Part shown: positions 12,662 to 25,105 of the stretch, piece after piece
Position numbering within the stretch: position 1 is the stretch's first letter
How the letters are laid out: each line of letters begins with the position of its first letter
Assembly (NCBI RefSeq): GCF_004010195.1
Contig: NC_057720.1
Span: 32,763,383-32,827,382, forward strand
Direction: 5' to 3'
DNA length: 64,000 bases
Origin: Chiloscyllium plagiosum
Taxonomy: Eukaryota
The notes under the pieces: model-generated
Seen by the model: the letters and a program-made list of their open reading frames with translations, nothing else
Database searches by the model: none
What the model was told of the DNA's origin: nothing
Position numbers and translations under genes: made by a program

Positions 12662-13118
12662 ATAAACAGGGGATTTGTCACTGGTTCCCTGGCCAAATGG
12701 GTGTTTTTCCAAGTGGTGGATATACAGAATAAAATTTTTAAAAGTATATAAACAGAAAATTCAGAAGGTCTCCTCAGTACAGGGTCTGGTTTTGAGCTGG
12801 CTAGCCAGAGCCCCTGTACTGTGCACATGTAAATAAAGGGTGACCTGGCGATGGGAAACTGGCCTCTGTGCAATTATTTCAAGAATGTAGCTCACCAGCG
12901 ATCTGCACAAGGGCAATGAAGGTTGGGCAATAAATGGCCCCTTTTAAACAATGCCCATCTATGACAATTAGTTTTTAAACATGGTGTGGATGGTACATTC
13001 AAAATTATCTGCAGCTAGTGCCATTTATCCTTTATGCTGAATGGTCTGTAAACCATGAAATCTGAAAAAAGAAAACAAATAAAAAATAATCTCAAAAACA
13101 AAGGCATTTTTTACTTAC

Positions 13119-13248
13119 TTAAACGTTTGAGAGCTTCCACTGTAATTTCAGGATCACCACAGACTCTCTTTTCGACCTCCTGCCAGGTCAGGAGGTCAAG
13201 TACAGCTTGGGGAACCACTTTTAGTAGACCAGCTCTCATTGCTTGAAT
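13119..13248 (-). CDS. HECTD3: HECTD3 exon 17 (130 nt)
   Basis: cag|ATT..A|gtaagt; [43 protein letters not shown]. Confidence 0.96.
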
Positions 13249-13725
13249 CTGAGGCAGGCGAAAAAAATATCAGCCACAAGCACTGGCCCCTAGAGATTGT
13301 AAATAGGCTGTGCACATCTGGATGCAAAAACACAGCCAAATATTTTGAAAGGCGATTTTCATTTGGTTGAAGCTGCAATAGTTTTGTCATCTAGTGAAGG
13401 AGGTAAAAGGGTAACAGACTTCCTTATGTAAAAGTAACAATTAAAATTAAACAGGTCATCAAACCAGGGCAAGGTTTGTGCATCTGTCATCAAAATCACA
13501 GAATTAACATGGTGCAGAAGTAAGCTATTCAGCCCATTGTGTCTGCACTAGCTCCAAGAATTCCGACTGAGCACAAAGCTCATATCTGCTATTTTTCCAA
13601 ACTGCTTCAAAACAAGGCTGTCTGGTTCTTAACCTTTATGAGTGGGAACTGCTTGCCCCTATCTACTCAGACAGGACTGCACACGATTTTAAAAGCTTCT
13701 ATCAGATCTTGCTTAGCTTTCTTCT

Positions 13726-14040
13726 GAGCATCGTGGATCAGTGGTTAGCACTGCTGCCTCACAGTACAAAGGACTTGGGTTCAATTCCACCCTCGAGCGA
13801 CTGTGTGTGTGGAATTTGTCTCTATGGATTTCCCACAGTCCAAGTTTGCACATTAGGTGAATTGGCTATGCTAAATTGCTCAGTGTCCAAGGATGTATAA
13901 GCTAGATGGATTCGTCATGGGAAATGCACGGATACAGAGATAGGTTAGGGAGGTAGGTCTGGGTGGGATGCTTTCTGGAGCGATATGGACTCAATGGGCT
14001 GACTGGCCTGTTTTCACACTGTAGGGATTTCATGATTCTA
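13726..14040 (+). mobile_element. tRNA-derived SINE (HE1-like) inserted in an old CR1
   Basis: A box TGGATCAGTGG 13734-13744, B box GGTTCAATTCC 13778-13788, GTGGTTAGCACTGCTGCCTCACAG head, CR1-like tail ending GATTCTA. Confidence 0.8.
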
Positions 14041-14800
14041 AAGATAACAGGCCTAACTTCTCCAATCTGCCCTCAAAGTTTCTCATCCCTGGAGCCAGTC
14101 TTGTCGAATTCTTCTGCACTAACTCTAATGCGTTCACATCCTATCTAAACCACATAGTGGCCAAAACCATAGACAATAAAATAGCTGAAGGCTAACTAAT
14201 ATCGTATAAAGGTTCAGCATAACCTCCCCGCTCTGGTACCCTATACCTGTTAAAAACTGATTTCTCCATTTGTCCTGCCACTTCTAATCACTTATGCACA
14301 TACACATCCAGATGTCTCTGCTTCTGCACACTTTTGAAAATAATATATACTTTTAAAAAAAACTGTCTCTCCATGTTCTTCTCATTAAAGTACATCAACC
14401 TCAAACTTCTCTGCATTGAACCCCATTTGCCATCTACTCACTCACTCCACCAACTTGTCAACGACCTTCTACACTGTCCTCCTCACAGTTTATAATACTC
14501 CTAGGTTTTGTGAGCCATAAACTTTAAAAGTGTCAAGATCGAGACTGCTTACATATACCAGAAAAACAAGGGATCATATCTGACCCCTGAGGAACTCCAG
14601 TGTATCCTTCCTCCAGCCCCAAAAACATACCCATTAACCATACTCTGTTTTCTACTTCCCAGGCAATTTTGTATCACTTTGCTAATGTACACATTACTCT
14701 TCAGCTATAACCTTCCTCACAAGTCTATTGTATTGAATATCTCTTGGAAGTCTACGTATTTCGCACCAACAGCATTGTCCTCACCAACACTCTGCTGCAA
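14041..14800 (-). mobile_element. Old degenerate CR1-type LINE fragment
   Basis: Diverged similarity to the RT/3' region of the younger CR1 copies; appears to continue at ~13500-13725 on the other side of the SINE. Confidence 0.55.
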
Positions 14801-15126
14801 CTTCAAAAAATTCCACAAAAAAATAGTAAAGCAATTACAGGTAGATATGCTCTCTTTAATCAATTCACATTTGTCCATGTAACTATTAATTCTTTGCAAA
14901 ATAATTGTTCTTGAAGTTTCTGCACTAATTAAACTAACTCCAAATATAGCCTGCTTAAAATAGATTAGAATTAGAATGTCTGCCTGATCTGATTTGAAAT
15001 ATGGTGTACAAGATACTTATCAATAAAAGTACAACAAAGACTTAATCATGTTTCAGCACTGAATCATTATACTACTTCCTCCTCCTGTTTTTCTATTTAT
15101 TCTGCAATGTTTGACTCTATAGCTAC

Positions 15127-15333
15127 CTGGTCTTTGTTTTCTTCTAGTTTTGCTTTTTGAACCAGTTGAATGAACTCCTTTCGATCCTCATACTGGACAA
15201 CGGTGTTGCTGCCATCAGGTTTCAGGTCCACTACAGAGTGATCGCTAAGTACAGTGGTGTAAGTGAGATCATTCCCAAATTTAAATTCAAATGTCTCCTT
15301 GTCCATGCTCTCCATTGCCTCCAGCAGTTTCAC
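15127..15333 (-). CDS. HECTD3: HECTD3 exon 16 (207 nt)
   Basis: cag|GTG..CAG|gtagct; [69 protein letters not shown]. Confidence 0.96.
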
Positions 15334-16347
15334 CTGCACAGAAAGAAAAGGACTGGCTTCAGTGTTTCAAAGCTTGTATGCAACATTGCTTCGATTAACT
15401 AGATACATTAAAAGGAATACTGCACCTCACTGAAATCTTAATACAATTTTACTATCACCGATAATCTGCAGTTTACAGTGCATTTTGCAGTTGGAATGTG
15501 CTCCAGCTAACTAGAGCTATACATAATGTGCATTCGTACAGGCTGAGCAGGCTGTAAGTACATATTCCTACCAGGTAGCAGCATATTTTTTCAGGCAGAA
15601 TACAATAAACAGACAGTATAAACGATTCGGATTTTTAAAAAAATGCTGAAGAGAGTCATGTGCTCTTTCCACTCTTCTTGAATGGAAAAATATTATGTAT
15701 TAACAATGTGAGAGACACTTTGGGGAGTAGGGAGCAATGGTTGAGGAAGAGGGGGAAGAGGAAGATAGGTAATTAAAATAAGAAATGGAAGAAACTAAAC
15801 CATTTTATTGGTAGCTTTTGGTTAAAAACTCACAGCTGACAAAGTTTTGTTGTTTTTATACCTTTCTATCCTCCTCGATGCCCAGGTTCACAGTACAACT
15901 CCAATTCCTTCATATTCTACCCACTCTCTCAAACTGTGAGAAGTCCATTACTTCTACTACCTGTGTTGCTTGATAAGAAAGTACTACAGAAACTATCAAA
16001 AATGTCAGCACAAAAAAAAGAGTATTCAATCTGTACTGACAGTAAGAAAAAAAAAGACCATTAGCAGCAGTAATGATCTGGTAATGTTAACAATCTATGA
16101 CCTGGACAGAAAAAAATGTGACTGAACAAATATTGACTTGAGGGCCAGCAGCACTCACACACCAGTTATTTACTTGTCCCCTCCCTTTAGATACAGCTTA
16201 AAATCTCTGACCAACCTTTTCATTACCTGTATTAATAATTGCTCATGGTGATTTAGTATCACGTTTTATCCTATAATGCACCCATATTAAAAAATCTGAA
16301 GGTGCTTCAATGATGAAATATATAAATGAAATATATAAACTAGAAGG

Positions 16348-16474
16348 AGAAAGTGAGGTCTGCAGATGCTGGAGATCAGAGCTGGAAATGTGTTGCTGGA
16401 AAAGCGCAGCAGGTCAGGCAGCATCCAGGGAACAGGAGAATCGACGTTTCGGGCATAAGCCCTTCTTCAGGGCT
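16348..16474 (-). mobile_element. Penelope-derived 127-bp insert beginning at a hammerhead core
   Basis: Perfect 16-bp TSD TATATAAACTAGAAGG at 16332-16347 and 16475-16490. Confidence 0.85.
16443..16470 (-). ncRNA. Minimal type I hammerhead ribozyme motif (Penelope type)
   Basis: CUGAAGA-A-GGGC UUAU GCCC-GAAA-CGUC: intact core boxes, 4-bp stem II, palindromic ACGU helix III region, GUC cleavage triplet; helix I weak or truncated. Confidence 0.65.
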
Positions 16475-16490
16475 TATATAAACTAGAAGG

Positions 16491-16779
16491 CAAGGTTGAA
16501 GGTGAAAGGAGAAAGATTTAAAAGGGACCTAAAGGGGCAACTTTTTCACACAGAGGGAGGTGCATGCATGGAATGAGCTGCCAAAGGAAGTGATGGAGGC
16601 TGGTACAACAACAACAACATTTAAAAGGCATCTGGATGGGTATTTAAATGGGAAGGGTTTAGGAGGGAAACGGATCAAGTGCTGACAAATGGGATTAGAT
16701 TAATTTAGGATATTTAGTCAGTATGGATGAGTTGGACTGAAGGGTCTGTTTCTGTGTTGTACATCTCTATGATCTCTAA
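16491..16779 (+). mobile_element. CR1 LINE 3' end
   Basis: WNELP.EV.EAG..FKRHLDGY-type tail ending CATCTCTATGATCTCTA. Confidence 0.85.
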
Positions 16780-17035
16780 GTTGTTGTTTTTGACACACTG
16801 CAAATTTCCTTTTACACAGGTTATCACAACCAGATGTGCAAAGGACTTACCTTTTCCCATGTTAAGATTTAAACCAAAGTTTCAAAGATAAAGTGATTTT
16901 TATTATCTCATTTTTCATGTAACCAACACAACTATTATACTAAACTGTAGTGGATGTCATGAACTACAATAGCATGTTGCAGGATGAACTTCTAGCAGAT
17001 TGCATTCATCATATTGTCAATAGTTGTCAATTGAA

Positions 17036-17046
17036 AGAGAGAGAGA

Positions 17047-17088
<42 letters not shown>
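17036..17088. repeat. (GA)n microsatellite
   Basis: Interrupted GA run directly visible. Confidence 0.95.
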
Positions 17089-17094
<6 letters not shown>

Positions 17095-17111
17095 AATTAT
17101 TTACAACTCAC

Positions 17112-17201
17112 CAAGACAGAGTCCACGGCAGCAAAGTCTTTCGACCATCTCACTTCTTCTCCTGCTAGTTGTTTCCATATCATTCCAGGAAGAGCCAGCA
17201 C
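17112..17201 (-). CDS. HECTD3: HECTD3 exon 15 (90 nt)
   Basis: cag|GTG..TTG|gtgagt; [30 protein letters not shown]. Confidence 0.96.
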
Positions 17202-17584
17202 CTGGCAAACATGCATATAGTTCTCATTAGGCTTGAAAGTACTCAAGTTAAAAAGATGGATTGTGCATATTCCTTCTGTTATGATCCCAGCTGATGTTAC
17301 CAGACAAGTCAGATCGCTGACTGAAATATGGCTTAGTAGATCAAATATTGTTTTGTTTTTATTTAACAAGGTGGCCTTTCACTGAAAGATAAACAAATTT
17401 AACTATAAAAACAGGAGATAATTGCTCGAAATAAATGATAAAACAGAACAAAGCTATTTACATATAATAATGAGAAAAATTTCAACAGTAAAATATTCCA
17501 TAAATTAATAAATTATATCTCAACATACCTTTACAATAGAATCATGGAGTCAGAATGTTAATGAGCGAAAATCTAAATACTTAA

Positions 17585-19545
17585 TGTACAATACAGCGCA
17601 GGAACAGACCCTTCGGCCCACCAAGTTTGGGCTGACTCCTAATCCTTATTTAGGACCACTACTTATTAACCATACGCAGTATCTGTCCCTCTGTTCACCT
17701 CATATTCATGTGTCTATAAAGATGCACCTTAAATGTTGCTAATGTGTCTGCTTCCACCATCTCCACTGGCAGTGTGTTCCAGGCACCACCATCCTCTGGG
17801 TGAAAGATTTTCCCTGTACTCTCCCCTAAACTTTCCCCTTCTCACCTTGAATCTGTGCCTCTTGGAGTTGACCTTTCCAGGTTGGGAAATACCTCTGACT
17901 ATCCACCCCATCTACACCTCTCACAATTTGGTAGACTTCTATCAGGTTGCCCCTCAGCCTCCATCTTTCCAGTGAAAACAAAGTTTATCCAATCTCTCCT
18001 CACACCCAAACCCCTTCAGACTTGGTAACATTCTGGTAAACCTTCTCTGTCCCCTCTCTGAAGCATCCATGTCCTTCTGGTAGTGTGGCAACCAGAACTG
18101 CACACAATATTCCAAAACTTTAGTTAGGCCAAATTTGGACAGCTGTAACATAACTTGCCAACTTTTATATTTGGTGCCTCAGTCAATGAAGGCAAGCACA
18201 TGCCATATGCCGTCATGACCATTTTATCTATTGGTGTTGCCACTTTCCAGGATCCATGGACCTGTATGTCCAGATCCCTCTGTATGTCAATGCTGTTAAA
18301 GGTTCTGTCATTTGTTGTATAACTCACACCTGAATTTGATCTTCTAAACTGCATCACCTTGCATTTGTTCGTATTAAACACCATCTGCCATTTCTCTGCT
18401 CAAATCTGTAATCTGTGTTTCTTTGTATCTTTTGACAATCTTTCTCACTATCTGCAACTCCATCAATTTTGGTGTCATCTGCAAACTTACTAATCAGACC
18501 ATCTACATATTCCTCCAGATCATTTATATATATTACAAACAAGATAAGGTCCCAGCACTGATTCCTATGGAACACCACTAGTTACTGATCTCCATTCCAA
18601 AAAGCACCTTTTCACTACTACTCTCTGTCTTCTATGATCAAGTTTTGTATCCACCTAGCCAGCTCACCCCTGATCCCATGAGACTCTACCTTTTGGACCA
18701 GGCTGCCATGAGGTACCTTATCAAAATCCATATAGACAATATCCACTGCCTTCCCTCATCAATCATTCTTATCACCTCCTCAATAAACTCATTCAAGTCG
18801 GTGAGACATGACCTTCCCTGCACAAACCCTTAAATGTTATAAGTGCTTCTGCCTTTACTACCCTTTCCACCACATCTCCTCTAAACCTTCTGCACCATAC
18901 TTTAAAATCTATGCTCCCTAATCATTGATCCTTTCAAAGGTTTCTTCATGTTTACCCTCTCTGTGCCCTCAATTTTATGCATCTCAATCATGTCCCCTCT
19001 GAATCTCTTTTGCTCAAAGGAAAACAATCCTAATCTGTCCAATCTCTCTTCATTATCAACTCTTCAACCCAGACAACAGCCTGATAAATCTACTCTGTAC
19101 CCCCTCCAGTGCGATCACATTCCTTCTATAATATGGATTCCAGAACAGAGCACAATACTCTACGAGCTGTAGCCCAACCAATGTTTTATACAATTCGCAC
19201 ATTATCTCCTTACTCTTAAACTTTATGTCTGGACTACTAAAAGCAAGTATACTATATGTCTTCCTAATCACTTATATCCACATGTCCTGATACTTTGAGG
19301 GACCAGAGTACATGCAGACCAAGGTTCCTCTAATCTTTGGTGGTTCCCAGGGTCCTACCATTCATCACTTAATTCCTTGCCTCGTTCATCCTGCCCAAGT
19401 GCATCATCTCACATTTCTCTAACTCGAATTCCTGATCAGCCCGCCTATATCCTCTTGTAGTCTAAGGTGATCTTCCTCACAATGTACCACCCACCAATTT
19501 TTGTATCATATGCAAGCTTACTGTTCAGTCCTTCTACATTCAAGT
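17585..19545 (-). mobile_element. Two adjacent 5'-truncated CR1 LINE fragments (junction ~18830)
   Basis: Minus-strand ORFs: IYINDLEE..ISKFADDTKIDGV, LEYCVQFWLPHYQKD..LE..QRRFTRMLP, YKTLVGLQLVEYCALFWNPYYR. Confidence 0.85.
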
Positions 19546-20927
19546 GCTCAAGTTCAGCGGGGCACTCCCTTCTCTATCAAAGCTATCAGTTTGACTAATT
19601 GCAGTTTTCAATTCTTAGTTTGATAGACTTTTCCTTGTGTATTCACACAACAGCGCTTCAACTTTCTCAGTTTCAAATAATCCCCTCAGGGTTTTAATGA
19701 AACACTTCCTGAGGAACGTTTAAACTAAACCTATGCACTGAGACAACCTTTTTCTGAATTGATTTCTTGCTCCAGGAACACTGTGCTCCTATATCTCACT
19801 TCATTCAGGATTGTTGTGAACTGAAATGTAGGGTGTTTTCCTTACATTAAAAAAATCTGATTCTTTCAACTGAAAGCAGGCTAATGCTTCTATATTTACT
19901 TGTACAATTTTTCCAATGCAAACAAATTTCCATTAGCATTATGGGAACTCTCTCTCAAGCACACTGTTTTCTGTAAAAAAAGACTCCAGGAACACTGAAT
20001 TAGCTGAATCAACTTATTAGTAAATCCCCTCATATACATGATAAATTTTGATAAACTTGATAAACTTTGATTTCCTTGCTGAATAAGAAACAATCTATCT
20101 TGGCCCTAAAAAAATACTTAATAACACTGCCTCTGTTGTCTTCTGAGGCAAAGTGTTCAAGGTCACAAAACTCTCAGAAAAAAACTCTCACTTCCATCCG
20201 GAACACCATGGATAATGTTCACCAGACAGATCCCTGGGATTATCCCAGGAGAACTGGGCATTTATTCACTGAAATTCCAAAGAACGAGACATGATCTCAT
20301 TGATATACACAACTTTCCAAGTCAGGGAGCTGCATGGAGTCTGACAGTGTGGAAATACACCTTTCGGTCCAACTCATCCACGCTGACCAGATATCCTAAA
20401 CTGATCTACTCCCCTTTGCGTGATGCCTAAATTTTAAAACAGTGTCCCTTAGTCTTCGACTTAGTAACAAAAGGTAAGATCCTTTCCAAATTTACCTTGT
20501 TAACTCTGTTCAGGATCAAGTTACCCTTCACTGCTCTAAACTCCAGTAAAATCAAGCCCAACATGTGTAATCTACCTACTTGTTACAGTTATCAGTCCAT
20601 TTAACCTTCTCTAAACTGTCCACAAATCATTTAGATCCTTCCTTAAAGAGGAGACCAAGACTGCATACAATATTTAGGACATGGTCTCATTAATGCTCTT
20701 TATATCTGAAAATTAACTTCCTTTTTATGCTTGATTCCTTTTGTAATAAAAGGATAGTATCCCATTAGCCTTCGTGATTATATGTTGTATCTACAGCATC
20801 TTTTTGTAACACAAGCACTGGAACATAAATCCGTCCATACCTTGGAATTTCATAGTTGCTCTCCATTGAAATAATAGTCTGCTTTTTAATCCACCTTATC
20901 AAAGTGAACAACTTCGCATTTTCTTAC

Positions 20928-21988
20928 ATTACACAACCAAACTCATTCCCACACTCCGAGATGTAGGACTCTGTCTCCCACCCCAGAACTGGACCCATGA
21001 CTTCCTGATCAGTAATCCAGAAGGACAGGGGATAAACACCTCTTTCACAATAATCCTCAACACTGGTGCCCCACAAATCTGTGTACTCAGCCCTTTATTA
21101 TACATTTTATACACTCACGACTGTCTGGCCAAATTCAGCTCGAACTCCATTTACAAATTTGCTGATGACACTACTGTAGTAGTTGGATGAAACAATGATG
21201 AAAGAGTAAAGAAAGAGAGACAACTTAGTAGCATGCTGTAAGGACAACAGATTCTCCCTCAATGTCTGCAAAATGAAGGAGCTGGTCATCAAGTTTAGGA
21301 AGCACAGTGGCTGACGTGTCCCGTCTCTATCAATGGTGCTGAGGTAGAGGTGGTCGAGAGCTTCAAGTTCCTAGGAATAAATATCACCAACAATCTGGCC
21401 TGGTCCATCTATGATGACACTGCAGTCAAGAAAGCATACTAAATCCTCTACTCCCTCAGAAGGCTAAGGAAATTCAGCATGTTCACAACAACACTTACCA
21501 ATTTTGGTAGATGCACCACAGAAAGCATCCTGTCCAGTTGCATCACAGCTTGATATGGCAACTACTTTGCCCAAGACTGCAAGAAATTTGAGAGTTGTGA
21601 ATGGAGCCCAGTCCATCACAAAGACCAGATCCAATGAGTTTGTCTACACTTCCCGCTGCCTCAGGCAAGCAGCCAATATAATCAAGGACCTCTCCCAGTC
21701 TAGTTATACTCTCTTTCATCAGGTTGAAGATACAAAAGCTTGAAAACCCATACTAACATATTCAGAATAGTTTCTTCCCCACTGTTATCAATCTTATGAA
21801 CGGACTTGTCATTTCTTAGAGTTGATCTTTGTCTGCACATTCTCTGTAGCTGTAACAGTATATTGAACAGAATATACTGTTCAATTACTCTGTTCTACTT
21901 TGTAAAATATGATTTATCTAGCTGGTACAAAACAATACTTTTCACTGTATCTCTGAAAATGCACGTGACAATAATAAATCAAATCAAC
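20928..21988 (+). mobile_element. Rex1/Babar-type LINE 3' part, nested in an old minus-strand CR1
   Basis: NTGAPQICVLSPLLYILYTHDCLAKFSSNSIYKFADDTTVV RT motif; tail AATAATAAATCAAATCAA. Confidence 0.75.
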
Positions 21989-23822
21989 TGACAGATTTCT
22001 TTTTGCTCAATCATTCAATATATTTATTTCCATCTGCAAACCCCAGAATTCTTTATATCATACTTTCCTATGGTGTTGCTCGCAAATTTAGCTATCATGC
22101 CTTTGTTCCCCTCAATCAGCTCATTGATGTAAAATGTATAAAGCAGACAGTTCAGCAAAGACCTTTGTGGGGACTCCACACTTCACATCCTGCCAATTCA
22201 ACAAAGAGCTGTTTATGTATTGCATTTTCTGCCAGCAAGCCAGCCTATCTTCGATTTATGTTCATCTGTTTTCCCATGGCATGAGCTTTTATTTTCTAAA
22301 ATAAGCTTTGATGTTGCACCTTATCAAATGTCTTCTGGAAATCCAAGTACAGTATGTCTATAGACTCTCTTATCCACAGCTCATGTTACTCCTAAGAGAT
22401 ACAAGATATCCCTGAGGGATATTAGCAAGCGAGAAGGGGTTTAATGGCAGTTGAGGACAGTTAACAGTCATCATTACCAAGACTACATTTAACTTCATTT
22501 TTCTTATTAATTGAATTCAAATTTTACCTCCTGCTGGGTCGCTGAAAATTAGCCTGGGTTTTTCGATTACAAGACCAATAACATTATCACTATGTCACCA
22601 ATACCCCAATAAACTATAGACTCCAAATTTATAAGATTCTAAAGACAATTATTGAGCCAAATAGCATTGGCAGCAACGTGAGGAAGCTACTGCCAAGGTG
22701 TATCCAAGAAACATACGTCGTAAAGTTCACAAATTAAAATGAAGGGGGAATACCTATTTCAAAGGACATCAACAAGATTACAAAGAGTAAAAGAGGGAAA
22801 ATGGTAAATAGGAACAATTAGCATCACTTCTAAATTAGAAATGATAAAATCATACAATCTTCCCCCAATTAGAATTATGGTGCTTTGCCGCAAGGTAGAA
22901 TCTAGTTAACTAAAGGTGAAAGCTATAGAAACCACCCATCACTCGCTACAGTTCTTCTATTTTGTAGAAGCTTGTAATTAATGTATGTCTCGTAGTGCCA
23001 TTCTTTGGTTGGGAAAACAGGCAAACAACATATTTCCTGATCTCTACCAATGCTAAATGAACCTTAAGTGTGAACTATGTCCCTTTAATTAGCTCCTGAG
23101 GTTATGCAAGTGCAGTATGGAGAATAGCATCTATTAAAAAAAACCCATGTTTTACTATTCCGAACACAGCTTGCTTCATGTTCACTATTGCAGTCACAAA
23201 ATCAGCTGATAAAAATTACATACAAATTGCTAGGGCCTGGCTGCAAGATGTTGTGGGCTGGGAAGAAGAAATGGCGTTCAAAGGGAGTGGGAGAGGAAGA
23301 GGGGGAGAGTTGGTGGCTGCAAGGCAGATAGCAGGAGTAGATGGACTGGCTGCCAGAAGTGTGCTAAGTGAGCAGGAAAAGTCTGCAATATGGATAAAAG
23401 GAAAGCTGAATCTGAAAGGGGTTTAGAGAAAAGGAAGGCTGCACAAGATACAGTACAGATTTAAGCCTGCCAAGAAAAGGAATACTCAACTGATTAGGAG
23501 CCAGGAAAACTTGTAATCGAAATAATAAAAATTAGTACAAATAATTGAATCTCTAACTTAAGACTGCATATCTTCAGAAGCTACTTTATATGGGTTTAAA
23601 TATAGAGGGGGAAATTTTAAGGAACAGTATAAATTGTTAAAATTGACCCTGAACTGCAGTTAAAAAAAGGAACTAATTTTTGAGAGTACATGATAGAAAC
23701 AGATTAGTTGTGACTTCATTTATCTTTATGATTGGTGATAGACCTGCGTAAAAGTGTCAGATGTTTTGACAAAATATCCTTGTCAAATTATGCTGAACAT
23801 AACTGAACATATTGTTAGATAC

Positions 23823-23915
23823 AGAGTCAAGATTACAGTGATGCTGGAAAAGCACAGCTGGTCAGGCAGCATCCGAGGAGCAGGAAAATCGATGTTTTGG
23901 GGAAAAGCCCTTCTG
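23823..23915 (-). mobile_element. Penelope-derived mini-insert
   Basis: Same family as 16348; 16-bp TSD ACATATTG(T/A)TAGATAC at 23807-23822 and 23916-23931. Confidence 0.75.
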
Positions 23916-24985
23916 ACATATTGATAGATACCTCTAATGCTGCTGCTGTGTGAAACCACATATCAGATATATCAACACAAATACAAAAGATATTGTTTTT
24001 GTGTGACTGTACCAATAATAAAGGAGTTAGTAAGAATGAAAATGGAACCCGAGAACCAAAATGTAACCACATCAATCGTAAAATAGCCCTTGAAGAAAAC
24101 ATACTTTGCATCCTGCTTTGAAATGCAGAGATACTTTCGGAATACCCGCAACTTCATCTTACAATGACTTACTTTGGACTCTTATCCTCTCAGAACCCAT
24201 CACCTCAGCAACATAAATCGCACAGGCCTTCTAACCAGACAGAAATGCTAATTAGCTATCCTTTTGACTTCAGTTATTCCAAATTCAGTTTATCTTGAAA
24301 CTAAACAGTTTAAGTGTGTAAACATTTCCAAAACCTCATAAATCTAACACCTTCCTGGAATTTCGGAAACTAACAGTCTATTCACTGTTTACATTCACAT
24401 TTTACAAAAGCATGAAACATCTTCCCAATCAAATAAAACTCAAGTGTCTCTTTAATCTTAAAAGAAGCAAGCCCCGCCAACAGAATTCAAAACAGGCATT
24501 TTTGTTTCATTCATTCATGGCTGGGCTAGCATATATTACTAATCCATAAAATGCACAAGAGAAAGTAGCGCTCAGCTGCCGTATTCAATATGTGAATAAA
24601 ATCAAAATACTCTGAGAAACGTTCTGGACTCTAAACATTAACTCTGTTTCTCCCTCCAAAGACGCTACCTGACTTGCTGATTTTCTCCAGCTTTCTGTAT
24701 TTGCTGTCTTATTGAACCACTGCAGTCCATTTGCTTTAGGTAGACCACAATCCAGTTAGGGAAGGATAATCCAAGATGTTGAACCAATGAAAGAACGGCA
24801 ATATATTATCAAATCAGGATTGCTCATGGCTTGTAAGGGAACTTGCAGGTGGTTGCATTCCCATGTATCTGCTATGCTTGTCCTCCTAGATGACAGTAGT
24901 TCAGAGATTTCCTCCAGTTCACCCTAAATTGAACAATCCCAGGAAACAGTCTTATAAAACCTTGCATTTATAACAAAATGATTAC

Positions 24986-25105
24986 CAAAAGCTCGCGTCC
25001 TCGCAATGCAGCCCCCATCAGCTGGCCTATCCATTCATACTTTCCAAATTCTTTGCAGGATGGATTGGGAACATATACATCTCGTGCTTCTCCAGTACTG
25101 TTACC
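24986..25105 (-). CDS. HECTD3: HECTD3 exon 14 (120 nt)
   Basis: aag|GGT..TTG|gtaat; [40 protein letters not shown]. Confidence 0.96.

Larger units (their letters stand above)
10963..12881 (+). mobile_element. Solo LTR (~240 bp) split by a ~1.7-kb nested insertion cluster
   Basis: TG..CA termini; 5-bp TSD AGAAT at 10958-10962 and 12882-12886; CCAAT 11036-11040; TATAAA 11062-11067, repeated at 12747-12752; AATAAA 12832-12837. The flanks rejoin into an older LINE-tail repeat. Confidence 0.8.

Noticed and set aside
11375..12760. Repeat-spacer appearance reminiscent of a CRISPR array
   Set aside because: Eukaryotic context, spacers are retroelement 3' ends of variable length with A-tails, and there are no cas genes.
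13726..13800. tRNA-like A and B boxes
   Set aside because: SINE head followed by SINE body and tail; no complete cloverleaf, so not a tRNA gene.
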